A stretch of 64,000 bases of DNA from an uncultured Gemmatimonadales bacterium. GTDB lineage: Bacteria > Gemmatimonadota > Gemmatimonadetes > Longimicrobiales > Longimicrobiaceae. Location: the NCBI GenBank assembly GCA_963716255.1, contig OY970303.1, positions 7,616,001-7,680,000 of the forward strand. Direction: 5' to 3'. The notes under the pieces are model-generated. The model worked only from the letters and a program-made list of their open reading frames with translations, was not told the DNA's origin and made no database searches. Below, piece after piece: positions 33,401 through 39,900 of this stretch (positions are counted from its first letter, which is position 1; each line of letters opens with the position of its first letter). Made by a program: the position numbers and the translations under genes.

Positions 33401-36400
33401 CGCGCGCCCATCCGCTGGAGGTGAACGCCCTGGTGAGCGGCGGGCGGCTGCACGTGGCCTGGAGCTTCGCCGAGGGGCCGGGCCGCGCGGAGGCGGTCGG
33501 GGCCCTCGCCGGGCGCTTCCTGGACGAGCTGCGGGCGCTGGCCGCCCACTGCGCCTCCCCGGAGGCGGGCGGCTGCACCCCGTCCGACTTCCCGCTGGCG
33601 GGGCTGGACCAGGCGGCGCTGGACCGCTGCTTCGGGAGCGACCGTTCGGTGGAGGACGTGTACCCGCTCGCCCCGACGCAGGAGGGGATGCTCTTCCACA
33701 CCCTCTACCGTCCGGGGGACGGGAGCTACGTCGCCCAGTTCGAGCTGGAGCTCGAGGGGGACTTGGACGGAGAAGCGTGGACGGGGGCGTGGGAGCGGGT
33801 CGTGGACCGCCACCCGGCGCTTCGCAGCGGCTTCCTCTGGGAGGGGATCAACGCGCCGGTGCAGGTGGTGCGGCGCGGGGTCGCCCTCCCGGTGCACCGG
33901 GAGGACTGGCGGACGCTCCCGGAGGCCGGGCGCGAGGAGCGGCGGGAAACGTACCTGGCCGAGGACCGGGCGCGGGGGTTCGACCCGGCCCGGCCGCCGC
34001 TGATGCGCCTGGCGCTCTTCCGCACGGGGGAGGCGTCGCACCGGGCGTTCTGGAGCTTCCACCAGATGGTCCTGGACGGGTGGAGCCTCCCGCTGGTCTT
34101 CCGCGACGTTCTCGCCGGCTACGGGGCGCTGGCCGCGGGGCGCGAGCCCGTGTTCGCGCCCGTGCGCCCCTACCGGGACCACGTGGCCTGGCTCCAGCGG
34201 CGCGACCCCGGGGAGGCCGAGCGCTTCTGGCGGGCGACGCTGGCCGGCTTCGACACCCCCACCCCCCTGGGGATCGACCGGGGCCCGGCGGACGGGGAGG
34301 AGGAGGGGCACGACCTCCGCGCCCTCGAGCTCACGGACGAGGAGACCGGGGCGCTGGCGGAGCTGGCGCGGCGGGTCGGGGTGACGGCCAACACCGTGGT
34401 GCAGGGGGCGTGGTCGCTCCTCCTGGCCCGCTACTCGGGGGAGGACGACGTGGTCTTCGGGACCACCGTGTCGGGGCGTCCTCCCGAGCTCCCCGGGGTG
34501 GAGGAGACCGTGGGCCTCTTCATCAACACCCTCCCCGTCCGCGTCCGGGTGCGCGGCTCCGCCACCGTCGCCGCGTGGCTTCAGGAGGTGCAGGCGGGGC
34601 AGCTCGCCGCGCGCGACCACGAGCACACCCCCCTGGTGCAGGCGCAGCGGTGCAGCGGCGTCCCCGCGGGGCGGCCGCTCTTCGAGAGCCTGCTGGTGTT
34701 CGAGAACTACCCGGTGGGCGACGCGCCCGCCGGCGGGGAGTCCCGTCTGCGCGTCCGGGTCCGCGAAGGCCGGGAGCAGGGGAACTATCCGCTCACCGTG
34801 CTGGCGATCCCCGGCGCCCGGCTCCGCTTCCGGGCGCAGTTCGAGCGCGCCCGCTTCCCGGCGGCGGCGGTGGAGCGGATGCTGGACCACCTGCGGATCG
34901 TCCTGGGTGGGATGGCGGCCGCGCCGGAGGCGCCGGTCGCGGCGCTCCCGGTGCTCTCCGCCGCGGAGCGCCGGCGGGTGGTGGAGGAGTGGAACGCCAC
35001 CGCGCGGAGCTATCCCGGCGGGCTCACGCTGCACGCGCTGGTGGAGGCGCAGGCCGCCCGCACCCCCGGCGCGGTGGCGGTGGTGTCCGGGGAAGAGCGC
35101 ATCTCCTACGCGGAGCTGGACGCGCACTCCGCCCGCCTCGCCGCCCGGCTGCGCCGCGCGGGGGTGGGCCCCGACACGCGGGTGGGGGTGTGCGCGGAGC
35201 GCTCCGTCGAGCTGGTCGTCGGGCTCCTGGCGGTCCTCCGGGCGGGCGGGGCGTACGTCCCGGTGGACCCCTCGTACCCGGGGGAGCGGATCGCCTACAT
35301 GCTGGAGGACTCCGGCGTCCCCGTGGTCCTGACCCAGGAGCGGCTCCTCGCCGCGCTCCCCCCGGCCGCGGCGGAGGTCGTGCTCCTGGACCGTGAGGGG
35401 GACGAGGACGGGTCCCCCGCCGACGCGTCGCTCCCCACCGCGGCGGACCCGGACGGGCTGGCGTACGTGATCTACACCTCCGGCTCCACCGGGCGGCCCA
35501 AGGGGGCGATGAACGCGCACCGGGGGATCGTCAACCGGCTCCTCTGGATGCAGGAGGAGTACGGGCTCGACGCCTCCGACGCCGTGCTCCAGAAGACGCC
35601 CTACGGCTTCGACGTCTCGGTCTGGGAGCTCTTCTGGCCGCTGGTCACCGGCGCCCGGCTGGTGATGGCCCGCCCGGACGGGCACCGGGACCCGGCGTAC
35701 CTCGCGGAGCAGGTGGAGCGCGAAGGGGTCACCACGCTGCACTTCGTTCCCCCCATGCTCGCGGCCTTCCTGGACTCCGGGGAGGCGGCGCGCTGCGGCC
35801 CCTTCCTGCGGAGGGTGGTGTGCAGCGGGGAGGCGCTTCCCCCCGCGCTGGTGGAGCGCTTCCACCGGCTCCTCCCCGGCGTGGAGCTGCACAACCTGTA
35901 CGGACCCACCGAGGCGGCGGTGGACGTGACGTACTGGCCCTGCGCGGGGGCGGAGGGGCGGACGTCGGTCCCCATCGGGCGCCCGGTGGCGAACACCCGC
36001 GTCTACGTCCTGGACGCGTCGCTCGGCCCCGTCCCCGTGGGGGTCCCCGGCGAGCTGTACGTCGGCGGGGTGCAGGTGGGGCGCGGCTACCTGGGCCGCC
36101 CGGAGCTGACCGCGGAGCGCTTCGTCCCCGACCCCTTCGGCGCGCCCCCCGGCGGCGTGCGCCTCTACCGCACGGGCGACCGGGCGCGGTGGACGGAGGA
36201 GGGAGTTCTGGAGTACCTGGGGCGGACCGACTTCCAGGTGAAGGTGCGCGGCTTCCGCATCGAGCCCGGCGAGGTGGAGGCGGCGCTCCGCGTCCTCCCC
36301 GGGGTGCGCGACGCCGTGGTGGTCGCGCGCGGCGACGGGCACGGAGGGAGCCGCCTCGTCGCGTACCTGGCCGGGGACCCCGGCGAGGTGCCCGACGCGG

Positions 36401-36927
36401 CCGGGGCGCGCGCCGCGCTGGGCGAGCGGCTCCCCGAGCACATGGTCCCCTCCGCTTTCGTGACGCTGGAGAGGCTCCCCCTCACCCCCAACGGGAAGAC
36501 CGACCGTCGGGCCCTCCCGGAGCCCGAGGCCGGGGCCGCGGCCGCGGAGTACGTCGCGCCGCGCACCCCGCTGGAGGAGACGCTGGCGGCGACCTGGGCG
36601 AAGGTGCTGCGCCTGGAGCGCGTGGGGGTGCACGACGACTTCTTCGCGCTGGGCGGGCACTCCCTCCTGGTGATGCAGGTGTCCTCGCGGGTGCGGCAGG
36701 CGCTGGGGCTCGCGTTCCCTCTACGGCTCCTCTTCGATCACCCCACGGTCGCCGCGCAGGCCGCCGCGCTCGCCCCGCTCGCGCCCTCCGCGGGCGCCGC
36801 CCTGGAGATCGGCGTCGCCTCCGCGGGGGTGGAGGACCGGCTCCTGGAGAACCTCGACCAGCTTTCCGACGCGGAGGTGGAGCTCCTCCTCGCCGACCTC
36901 GCGCGCGACCCGCGATCCACGCCATGA
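12415..36927 (+). CDS. NRPS2 (~8170 aa): C-A4-T / C-A5-T-E / C-A6-T / C-A7-T-E / C-A8(MT)-T-E / C-A9-T
   Basis: Six A domains and three E domains (HHLxxDGVSWRxxLEDL, EGHGRE, RTVGWFT). Manual codes: A4 DAGAHGLVYK (unknown), A5 DTEDVGTVAK (Lys/basic), A6 DIFHFGLVVK (unknown), A7 DALWLGGVFK (Val-like), A8 DVEELGVCTK (basic?), A9 DVWHVSLVDK (Ser). ATG 12415 lies 7 nt after the NRPS1 stop and begins the docking-like MSSLSDRLGQLSPEQ. Confidence 0.95.
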   Translation: MSSLSDRLGQLSPEQLAALVRRLGERAPGASAGIPRRSGDAPPPASFAQRRLWFLDRLLGGTPAYNVPFAFRLRGEVDATALGRALDALVERHEALRTRFAEADGEPVQVVEARLPAELGTETLPAGAEVLERVSAEAWRPFDLAAGPLFRFRLFRTGTGESVLLLVFHHAVFDGASLGVLAAELSALYTAHARGEEPRLPELPVQYADYAAWQRDALGGEALERGLAYWRERLAELEPLDLPADRPRPPGPGLRAAVHALDLPGEPAARLRALARSERATPFVLVLAAFQLLLARFAGQEDVAVGIPVSGRDRRDVEGVIGFFVNTLVLRTDLSGDPPFRELLARVREGVRGAQEHREVPFEALVDALHPDRSPDRSPLFQAMFAYRPAAEAGLSLPGAVAEPVEVPAVASKFDLSLEVRETAEGMRAVFHYAPELFDASTVERMGEHFRAVLERAAADPGAPLSAVAALPEGERGRVLVEWNRTPDAGPAETVHALFARRAERTPDAVAVTCAGESLSYAELDRRSARLAHHLRALGVGPEVRVGIALTRSFRMVEAVLGVLRAGGAYVPLDPEQPAARLAALLRDSEAAVLVTEEQVSARLPGHPRVVCLDRGAAEIAARPGSAPAVPVRPENLAYVLFTSGSTGEPKGVMVEHRRVAALVRWLHGEVPEEERSTTLGCGPLAFDASVGEIFGTLCGGGKLVLVQDALELARVPGAEGVRMAAMVPSAAAELVRMGAIPAGLRRIHLGGEALPAVLARALHGAGVERVVNLYGPTEDTVYSTRAEVEPGAERIVIGTPLPGTRAYVLDRRLDPAPVGAVGELFLAGSGQSRGYAARPGLTAERFVPDPFAPEPGGRMYRTGDRVRWTADGRLEYLGRADHQVKLRGFRVEPGEIEAAILAHPGVRQALVMAREDAPGDRRLVAYLATGAEGFDLAALREALRERLPAYMVPAAFVTLDAFPLNRNDKVDRRALPAPEYGPGGSGPGAPRTPTEEILAGIFAEVLRCERVGVHDDFFDLGGHSLLATQAVSRVRRALGVELPLRALFEAPTVAGVAERVDAGARAAGPPITPARRDVPLPLSFSQERLWFLEQLEPGTAHHNIPFAFSLRGPLDAGVLERAFAETVRRHEALRTVFASRDGVPVQVVEPAGRFRLPVGDLSRLREGERRAEAGRLAAEESRLPFDLERRPLLRVRLLRLEGEEHVLLVTLHHVVGDAWSLGVLYGEVSRLYAAFARGEPSPLPAPQVQYADFAAWQREWLRGERLERQLAYWRERLAGAPPLLELPTDRPRPAVQTHRAGEHRVLLPSSLAASLREVSRGEGATLFMVLLAALAAVLRRWSGQEDVVVGTPIAGRTRAETEGVVGFFVNMLPLRTDLAGDPAFRGLLARVREATLGAYAHQDLPVEKLLDELGTERTLGHSALYQVMLVLHNTPGEPLSLPGVEVARVPVAPPATALDLGVAVTERPEGLDVSLSYNADLFEAPTVQGMAAYLGEVLRAAAADPDRRLSELPALAPEDLLRQRTEWSGEGRTALPLACVHRLVAARAAESPDAAAVEMAGTRLTRGELDRRSAALAGRLRAAGVGPEVRVAVWAERSPATLVAILATLRAGGAYVPLDPAYPAERLRALIDDSGAAVVLAPSRLRGRIPAGVEVVELDGEGGGEPAAPEVEVDAASLAYVIYTSGSTGAPKGVMVSHASLAGFVDAARRELGIGPADRVLQFATFSFDTSVEEVFPALTAGATLVLRTEEMLESVATFLRRCGEWGITVLDLPTAFWHEVAAELERSGLRLPECVRLVVIGGERALPERVAAWHAAAGGRVRLVNTYGPTEATVAATAATLLPEARRLSERGDPLPLPPVPIGAPLANARVHVLDGRMEPVPAGARGEILVGGGGVARGYLGRPELTAERFLPDPFSPQPGARLYRTGDAARWRHDGRLDYLGRTDEQVKVRGFRVEPAEVEAALLRHPAIRDAAVAAREDEPGRARLAAYVVPEGAPPSAAELRDFLRARLPEYMVPAVFVPLAGLPLTPSGKLDRRALPAPEWGVPDAAGDAAPRTPAEERLAAVWAEVLRLERVGVHDNFFELGGDSILSIQVVALARRAGLALSPRQLFEHQTVAALARAAGAALAAPDGEEEEAGGEVEPTPIQRWFFGRDLPEPHHWNMATLLRPARPLEAAVLERALAALLAHHDALRLRFVRGEAGWTQAYAAAEPRAPLVVVDVSGVAARDRARARESAAAGVQASLDLAAGPLARVALFEGGAGEQRLLVVVHHLGVDGVSWRILLEDLETAYGEIARGGAPVLPAKTTSFRRWAARLAEHARRGGFDGEAAHWCAGEGADVPPLPVDHPGGANPEGAAERVTVELGEEDTRALLQEAPKAYRTRVDEVLLCALARAFRSWTGEDRLRVELEGHGREDLFPGVDLSRTVGWFTSLFPVLLDLRGADAAGDALRAVKEQLRAVPSRGIGFGALRFLAPRGDVRAGLAALPAAQVRFNYLGQFGREAAGGSLLVPVREPMGPNVSPRAERGCLFDLLGAVEGGRLRVTWSFSRALHRPATVRALAEGFLAELRALVAHCASEEAGGYTPSDFPLARLDQASLDRCFGRERGIEDVYPLSPMQEGMLFHSLYAPGAGEYLGQFLFDLEGELDVDAWRRGWEAAVERHTALRTRFLWEGVDAPVQVVQRRAALPVREEDWRALPPAGQEARLAAFLDEDRALGMEPSHAPLLRLALFRTGERAYSLVWTAHHLVMDGWSLPLVFRDAVAAYDASVEGRAPELPPARPYAEYVAWLRGRDLARAEEFWRDALAGFSAPTPLGVDHRPAGDAGGRGRLERKPDDALGAALERLARREQVTVNTVVQGAWSLLLARYSGEEDVVFGGVASGRPAELPGVETMVGLFINTLPVRARVRPGERTGEWLRGLQEQQARAREHEHAPLAQVQRWSGVPAGEPLFESILVFQNQPVPAELGRSGRGVVRVRTRDRVEQTGYALALGVERAGGLKLRLEYAAARIGGAAAGRVLEHLEVLLAGMAAGPGRTLAEIPLLPEAERRQLLAGWGRAEGARPADLPLHRLVALQAARTPDAVALAHGTRRVSYAELERDANRVSHLLRGRGVGAGARVAVCLEPSPEMVAAVLGVLGAGAAYVPLDPSYPRERLDFVLRDASAALVLTRSPLLDRVPGGSAEVLCLDAERERLAREPETAPGAAVGPESLAYLVYTSGSTGTPKGVMVEHRSASRALRSFVDAFGFRGGDVIPSLASFAFDIWLFETLAPLAAGATVRLLSREEVTDLPALVARLGEATLAHAVPALMRQVAGAVRSAPAGSLPGMRQVFVGGDAVPAELLEEMREAFPAAQIRVLYGPTEGTVVCASHAVEGHEAGQVVGAELGSARLYVRDPWGEVAPLGVPGELWIGGAGVARGYHGRPELTAERFLPDPYGSDPGGRLYRTGDRVRRREDGVLEFLGRTDRQVKVRGFRIEPGEVEGALERHPAVREAVVVVREDAPGDRRLVAYVVASGAERAPGGEELRRHLRETLPEHMVPSAFVALERLPLNANAKVDRRALPAPEREAPGESYVAPRTGVEATLAGVWAEVLRVERVGVEDNFFELGGDSILSIQVVARARRAGVVVTPKQLFEEQTVAALARVARAQADAPPRPAGEAGGREAPVRPATDPGAEDAYPLSPMQEGMLFHTLYSPGSGDYVAQFRYDLVGELDADAWTRAWQGVVDRHTALRTRFLWEGADVPLQVVPARAELPVRHEDWRELPEAGRRERLERYLAEDRARGFDPATAPLMRLALFRTGDADHHLVWTHHHLVLDGWSLPLVWREVSAVYRALRAGRPAELPEPRPYREYVEWVGWQDPGRAESFWRHALAGFRAPTPLGVDRAPAPGASGYGRAEHRLPPEATARLRALARRGRLTLNTLVQGAWALLLARYSGEEDVLFGATVSGRPGEVEGVEEMVGLFINTLPVRVRVRGEAEVGAWLGEVQEGQAVLREHEHTPLVQVQKWSEVPAGEPLFESILVFENYPMQSALGRVEERLEVRGRGGVEQTSYPLTLSASPGESLHLRLDFLSGRFDEAAAGRMLEHAAVLLEEMGARPGARLSALSLLRAEERREVVERWRGTGRAAPPGLCVHDLFARQARLTPGAVALVHEDERLSFAELERRANRLAGYLRRRGAGPDVPVGICLERGVEMVVATLGVLKAGGACLPLDPAYPAERLAFMLDDAAAPLVLTRQGLLGRLPEGLPVCLDRDADEVAAESGEAPAVAVTPEHLAYVVYTSGSTGTPKGTGVPHRAIPGFFEGVEYARFGAEQVYLQHSSPSWDASFLELWPPLLTGGTCVLYPGRSPEPEVLGEQIRRHGVTTLWLPSAYFNLLVDTSPEVLGGVEQLLVGGEAVSAPHVRRAQELHPGMRIVNGYGPSECTVFTSCWPVPRDFAGSTVPIGEPVGDRRACLLDRWMEPVPDGVPGELYVGGPAVARGYLGRPEPTAERFVPDPFAVEPGARCYRTGDRARRLPGGALEFLGRVDRQVKVRGFRIEPGEVEAALAGHPGVREAAVIVRGEGRERRLVGYVAAAGGAAPSAGELREHLRGRMPEHMVPSAFVVLPALPLTRNGKVDRRALPDPDLAVGGEGYVAPRTPAEEALARVWAEVLRVERVGVEDNFFELGGDSILSIQVVARARRAGVAITPRDVFERQTVAGVALAAGRLAEPRGAAEPEPEGGAVELTPVQRWFFETEVPARHHWNMSLLLRPREALDPAVLRGALDALAAHHGALRMRFARDAGGWTQAYGAGGPALPLARFDLSSLAEPDRAPELERIGAGLQGSLDLSAGPVARAGLFELGGGEQRLLLVAHHLVTDGVSWRILLEDLESAYGSRARGETAALPAKTTSFGRWAARLAAHARRGGFDAELPCWTAAGRERAAALPVDRPGGVNAGASARSVRLSLGEEETRALLQEAPRAYRTQINDVLLAALARTLRRWTGDPVLRVELEGHGREEIFEDVDLSRTVGWFTTVYPVLLDLRGAGDEGASLKAVKEQLRGIPGRGIGYGALRYLHPDPEVRERLAAIPPAQVSFNYLGQFDGTLSREAFFALGRERAGPAVGAGGERTHLFEVSGVVEGGRLHLTWEYSEALHLRETVEGLAEGLAAELRALVDHCRSEGAGGYTPSDFPLAGLDQAALDRCLAGKRDVEDVYPLAPMQEGMLFHTLYSPGSGDYVAQFVFDVTGELDRAAWSRAWQGVVDRHAALRTRFLWEGVDRPLQVVQARVPLPVREEDWRGLPDGERESRLAGYLRDDRARGFDPALAPLLRLALFRTGDEAHTLVWSHHHLTIDGWSLPLVCREVVALYEAFSRGGAARLAPVHPYRKYIEWMGRQDPGRTESFWRHALAGFRAPTPLGVDRVPAPGASGYGRAEHRLPPEATARLRALARRGRLTLNTLVQGAWALLLARYSGEEDVLFGATVSGRPGEVEGVEEMVGLFINTLPVRVRVRAEAEVEAWLGEVQGGQAVLREHEHTPLVQVQKWSEVPAGERLFESILVFQNHPAPGAAGSPGERRVRMSARDGFEQSDDPVTLSAVPGESLYARLDFARARFDDATAERMLAHLGTLLEEMGARPGARLRDLSLLTQAERRRLREEWDAAAREFPRDLGLHELFALQATRTPDAPAAVSDGGSLSYAGLDRLANRVARYLGRLGVGPEVRVALCFERSLDMVAAILGVLKAGAAYVPLDPAYPPQRLELLLRDCGARLLLTHGAAAGRLPSSGVPVVRLDAERERIAREAPEAPESGASAESLAYVIYTSGSTGTPKGAMLPHRAVVNYAVDMAARLGLSPRDRVLQFASPGFDVVVEEIFPAWLSGAAVVLSRDELLLPPELLRVVAHHGVSMFELPTAYWHAWVHEVAHAGLRLPECVRCVLVGGERVLPERLAEWSTLGVPLVHVFGLTETACTSATLRLEAGDDGARWPNLPLGHPTGNVRLYVLDRAGHPAPHRAPGELFIGGEGVGRGYLGRTELTAERFVPDPFSPVPGARCYRTGDRVRRLEDGALEFLGRMDEQVKVRGFRIEPGEVEAALAGHPAVREAAVVVREDAAGERRLVGYVAPAAGYAAGPAGLVRDPGRRVELWPSHGEYPAYDDLLYRAMAGDRLRNDGYLEALRRHAPGKTVVDVGTGGEIVLARLALQAGARKVYAIEVMEESFRQARAKVRELGLEDRVTLIRGDAAAVELPEPVDVCVSELIGCIGGLEGAVAILGHARRWLKPGGVMIPYRCVTLVAPVTLPDEVHAEPAFTAPGAHYAEQVFAAVGHRDDVRLCVKGFPRDHLLGEPAVFEDLDFSVPADPAFRGRFELRVEREGRLDGLLLWIRLHPGEECALDALEDECAWLPMLFPAFYPGVRVRPGDVLRVESHGAPAEGAPYPDYHLRGVLARADGSEEPFAYDSFWKAPPPEPNALHRRLVSEDGVRVRAAEGDRVTDEELRERVGRALPAYMVPSTLVFLPELPRTPHGKVDRRALPDPGRPAPEPSRVAPRTRVEEILAEVWSAVLRRERVGVRDNFFQLGGDSILTIQIVARARRAGVRVTPRQLFEHPTVERLAAVAEVEEGSGPERAAATGAVEPTPIQRWFFAEEVPERHHWNMSMLLAPRSRLGARVAREALGALLGHHDALRMRFEERDGAWTQRYADAGGEVPFGRVDLAGLEGEARGAALERAAARAQASLDLAAGPLVRGVLFDCGAAGERLLLVAHHLVTDGVSWRVILEDLETACGQLASGERVALPPRSTSFGEWARRLAEHAAAPALPAEAEYWTGHAAAGAPGLPAELGDRPGRLAEERRVAVSLTVDETRRLLEEVPAAYRTRIDDVLLTALARALASRTGERRLRVELEGHGREEMFEGVELSRTVGWFTTTYPVLLELGDDLSPGAELKRVKETLRSVPGRGIGFGLLRWLSPVEEIRVRLAALPRPWVGFNYLGQFDQAVSDGTFFTPAPEPAGPQASPGAPRAHPLEVNALVSGGRLHVAWSFAEGPGRAEAVGALAGRFLDELRALAAHCASPEAGGCTPSDFPLAGLDQAALDRCFGSDRSVEDVYPLAPTQEGMLFHTLYRPGDGSYVAQFELELEGDLDGEAWTGAWERVVDRHPALRSGFLWEGINAPVQVVRRGVALPVHREDWRTLPEAGREERRETYLAEDRARGFDPARPPLMRLALFRTGEASHRAFWSFHQMVLDGWSLPLVFRDVLAGYGALAAGREPVFAPVRPYRDHVAWLQRRDPGEAERFWRATLAGFDTPTPLGIDRGPADGEEEGHDLRALELTDEETGALAELARRVGVTANTVVQGAWSLLLARYSGEDDVVFGTTVSGRPPELPGVEETVGLFINTLPVRVRVRGSATVAAWLQEVQAGQLAARDHEHTPLVQAQRCSGVPAGRPLFESLLVFENYPVGDAPAGGESRLRVRVREGREQGNYPLTVLAIPGARLRFRAQFERARFPAAAVERMLDHLRIVLGGMAAAPEAPVAALPVLSAAERRRVVEEWNATARSYPGGLTLHALVEAQAARTPGAVAVVSGEERISYAELDAHSARLAARLRRAGVGPDTRVGVCAERSVELVVGLLAVLRAGGAYVPVDPSYPGERIAYMLEDSGVPVVLTQERLLAALPPAAAEVVLLDREGDEDGSPADASLPTAADPDGLAYVIYTSGSTGRPKGAMNAHRGIVNRLLWMQEEYGLDASDAVLQKTPYGFDVSVWELFWPLVTGARLVMARPDGHRDPAYLAEQVEREGVTTLHFVPPMLAAFLDSGEAARCGPFLRRVVCSGEALPPALVERFHRLLPGVELHNLYGPTEAAVDVTYWPCAGAEGRTSVPIGRPVANTRVYVLDASLGPVPVGVPGELYVGGVQVGRGYLGRPELTAERFVPDPFGAPPGGVRLYRTGDRARWTEEGVLEYLGRTDFQVKVRGFRIEPGEVEAALRVLPGVRDAVVVARGDGHGGSRLVAYLAGDPGEVPDAAGARAALGERLPEHMVPSAFVTLERLPLTPNGKTDRRALPEPEAGAAAAEYVAPRTPLEETLAATWAKVLRLERVGVHDDFFALGGHSLLVMQVSSRVRQALGLAFPLRLLFDHPTVAAQAAALAPLAPSAGAALEIGVASAGVEDRLLENLDQLSDAEVELLLADLARDPRSTP
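23997..24495 (+). repeat. ~500 bp near-identical direct repeat, copy 1 (C domain of module 7)
   Basis: Matches 28545-29043 (offset 4548) with only scattered substitutions on direct reading. Confidence 0.9.
28545..29043 (+). repeat. ~500 bp near-identical direct repeat, copy 2 (C domain of module 8)
   Basis: Matches 23997-24495. Confidence 0.9.
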
Positions 36928-39900
36928 ACGACGCGACCGCATCCCTCGACCCGGCTGCCGAGCGGCGCCGCCTCCTCGCGGAGATCCTCCGCAAGCGGGC
37001 CCGCGAGGTCCGCACCTTCCCGCTCTCCTTCGCGCAGCAGCGGCTCTGGTTCCTCGACCGGATGGACCCGGGGAGCTCCGCCTACACCGTGCCCGTCCCG
37101 CTCCACCTGCGGGGGGCGCTCCGCCCCGACCTGCTGGAACGGGCGCTCACGGAGGTGGTGCGGCGGCACGGCTCGCTGCGCACCACCTTCACCACCCTGG
37201 GCACGGAGCCGGTGCAGGTGGTGGCGCCTCCCCCGGCGGCGCTCGCGCTCCCGCTCGCCGACCTCGCCTCCCTCCCGGCGGCGGAGCGCGGGCGCGAGGC
37301 GGGGCGGATCGCGGCGGAGGAGGCGGGCCGCCCCTTCGACCTGGAGGCCGGCCCCCTCTTCCGCGCGCGGCTCCTGAGGCTCGGCGCGGAAGAGCACGTC
37401 CTGGTGCTGGTGATGCACCACGTCGTCACCGACGGCTGGTCGCTGGGGGTCCTCTTCCGGGAGCTGTCCGCGCTCTACGCGGCATCGCTCGCGGGGGCGC
37501 CGCCGCCGCTCCCCCCGCTCCCCCTGCAGTACACCGACTTCGCGGCGTGGCAGCGCGGGGAGGGGAGCGTGGACGCCGGGGGGGACCGGGAGTTCTGGCG
37601 CGCGGCGCTGCGCGGCGCTCCCCCGCTCCTGGAGCTCCCCGCCGACCGTCCCCGTCCCCCGGTGCCCACGCACCGCGGCGCGTCGCTCCCGCTGGCCCTC
37701 GACGCCGCGGATGCCGCGCGCCTGCGGGAGATCGGCCGGGCGGAGGGCGCCACGCTCTTCATGACGCTCCTGGCGGCATTCCAGCTCCTCCTTTCCCGCT
37801 ACGCCGGGGAGGAGGACGTGGTGGTGGGGACCCCGGTCGCGGGGCGCACGCGCCCGGAGCTGGAGGGGTTGATCGGCCTCTTCGTCAACACGCTCGCAGT
37901 GCGCACCGACCTCGCCGGCGACCCCACCTTCCGCGAGCTGCTGGGGCGCGTCCGGGAAAACCTTCTGGGCGCCTACTCGCACCAGGATCTCCCCTTCGAC
38001 CGGCTGGTGGAGGAGCTGGCCCCCGGGCGGAGCCTGAGCCACACCCCCGTCTTCCAGGTGATGTTCGCGGTGCAGGGGGGCGGCTCGGGCGGGATGGGGC
38101 TCGACCTCCCCGGCGTGGAGGCCGCCCTGGTGGAAACGGGAGCGCGCACGGCGCGCTTCGACCTGGAGGTGGAGCTGCGGGACGAGCCCGGCGGAGTGCG
38201 GGGGACGCTGGAGTACGCCGTGGACCTGTTCGGCCGGGGAACCGCGGAGCGGATGGCGGCACACTTCGAGACGCTGCTGCGGGGGATCGCCGCGTCCCCG
38301 GACGCGCGGGTGTCGGAGATCCCGCTCCTGGCCCCGGAGGAGCGCGCGCGGGTCCTGGAGGAGTGGAACGCCACGAGCCGCCCGTACCCGGCCGGCCTGG
38401 CGCTGCACGAGCTCTTCGCGCTGCAGGCGGCGCGGACGCCGTCCGCCACCGCGGTGGACGCCGGGAGCGAATCGCTCGGCTACGCGGAGCTGGACCGCAG
38501 GTCGAACCAGCTCGCGCACTGGCTCGTCCGGCGGGGCGTGGGGGGAGAGAAGCGCGTGGGCCTCTGCCTGGAGCCGTCCCCGCTCGTGATGGTGGCCGTG
38601 CTGGGGGTCCTCAAGGCGGGGGCCGCCTACGTCCCGCTCGACCCCTCCCACCCGCGCGACCGCCTGGCGCTGATCCTGGGCGACGCCGCCGTGCCGCTCC
38701 TCCTCACCCAGGCGCACCTCGCGGCGGGGCTCCCGGAGCACGCCGCGGAGGCCGTGGCGCTGGACGCGGCGTGGGGGCGCATCGCGCGTGAGCCGCACGA
38801 CGCGCCGGGGGTGCCGGTCGCGCCGGAGCGGCTGGCGTACGTCATCTACACCTCGGGGAGCACCGGGAGGCCCAAGGGGGTGTGCGTGGAGCACCGCAAC
38901 GTGGCGAACACTCTCCTCGCCGCCCTCGACGTCTTCGGCTTCGGGCCCGGCGACCGGGTGCCCGCGCTGGCGAGCTACGCCTTCGACATCTGGCTCTTCG
39001 AGGCCGTGGCGCCGCTCCTGGGGGGCGCGGCGGTGAGGCTCCTCCCCCGCGAGCGGGTGGTGAACATGGAGGCGCTGGCGGAAGAGCTGGAGTCCGCGAC
39101 GGTGCTCCACGCCGTCCCGGTGCTGATGCGGCAGCTGGCGCACCACCTGGGGGTCCACCGACGCCGTCCCCTCCCGGGTGTGCGGCTGGCCTTCGTGGGG
39201 GGAGACGCGGTCCCGCCCGACCTGGTGGAGGAGATGCGCGGCGTCTTTCCCGCGGCGGAGGTGCGGGTGCTGTACGGGCCCACGGAGTCGGCGGTCGTGT
39301 GCGCCAGCCACCCCGTCCCGGGCCGCCCCGAGCGCGAGATGATCGGGTCTCCCCTCCCCAACGCGCGCCTCTACGTGCGCGAGCGCGGGGGCGCGCCCGC
39401 TCCGACCGGCGTCCCGGGGGAGCTCCTGGTGGGCGGGGCGGGGGTGGCGCGCGGCTACCTGGGCCGGCCGGAGCCGACCGCCGAAAGGTTCGTCCCGGAC
39501 CCGTACGGCGGAGAATCCGGGGCGCGGCTGTACCGTACGGGGGACCGGGCCCGGTGGCTCCCGGACGGCACCCTGGAGTTCCTGGGGCGCCTGGACCACC
39601 AGGTGAAGGTGCGCGGTTACCGCGTGGAGCCGGGGGAGGTCGAAGCGGCGCTGGAGCGGCTCCCGGAGGTGCGCGAGGCGGTGGTGGTGGCGCGGGCGGA
39701 CGCCCCCGGGGACCGGCGCCTGGTGGCGTACCTGGTCGCCGCGGACGGGGGGCGCGTGCCCTCGCCCTCCGAGCTGCGCGAGCACCTGAAGCGCAGCCTG
39801 CCGGAGCAGATGGTCCCCTCCGCCTTCGTCGCGCTCGAGGCGCTCCCGCTCACCCCCACGGGGAAGGTCGACCGGAGGGCCCTCCCCGCGCCGGAGCGGA

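Noticed and set aside
35820..36923. N-terminal extensions given by the ORF track for NRPS3 (also NRPS2, NRPS4, FkbM, aminotransferase, TIGR02588)
   Set aside because: They overlap upstream genes in another frame or lack domain content; internal starts with ATGA/GTGA coupling or domain boundaries fit better
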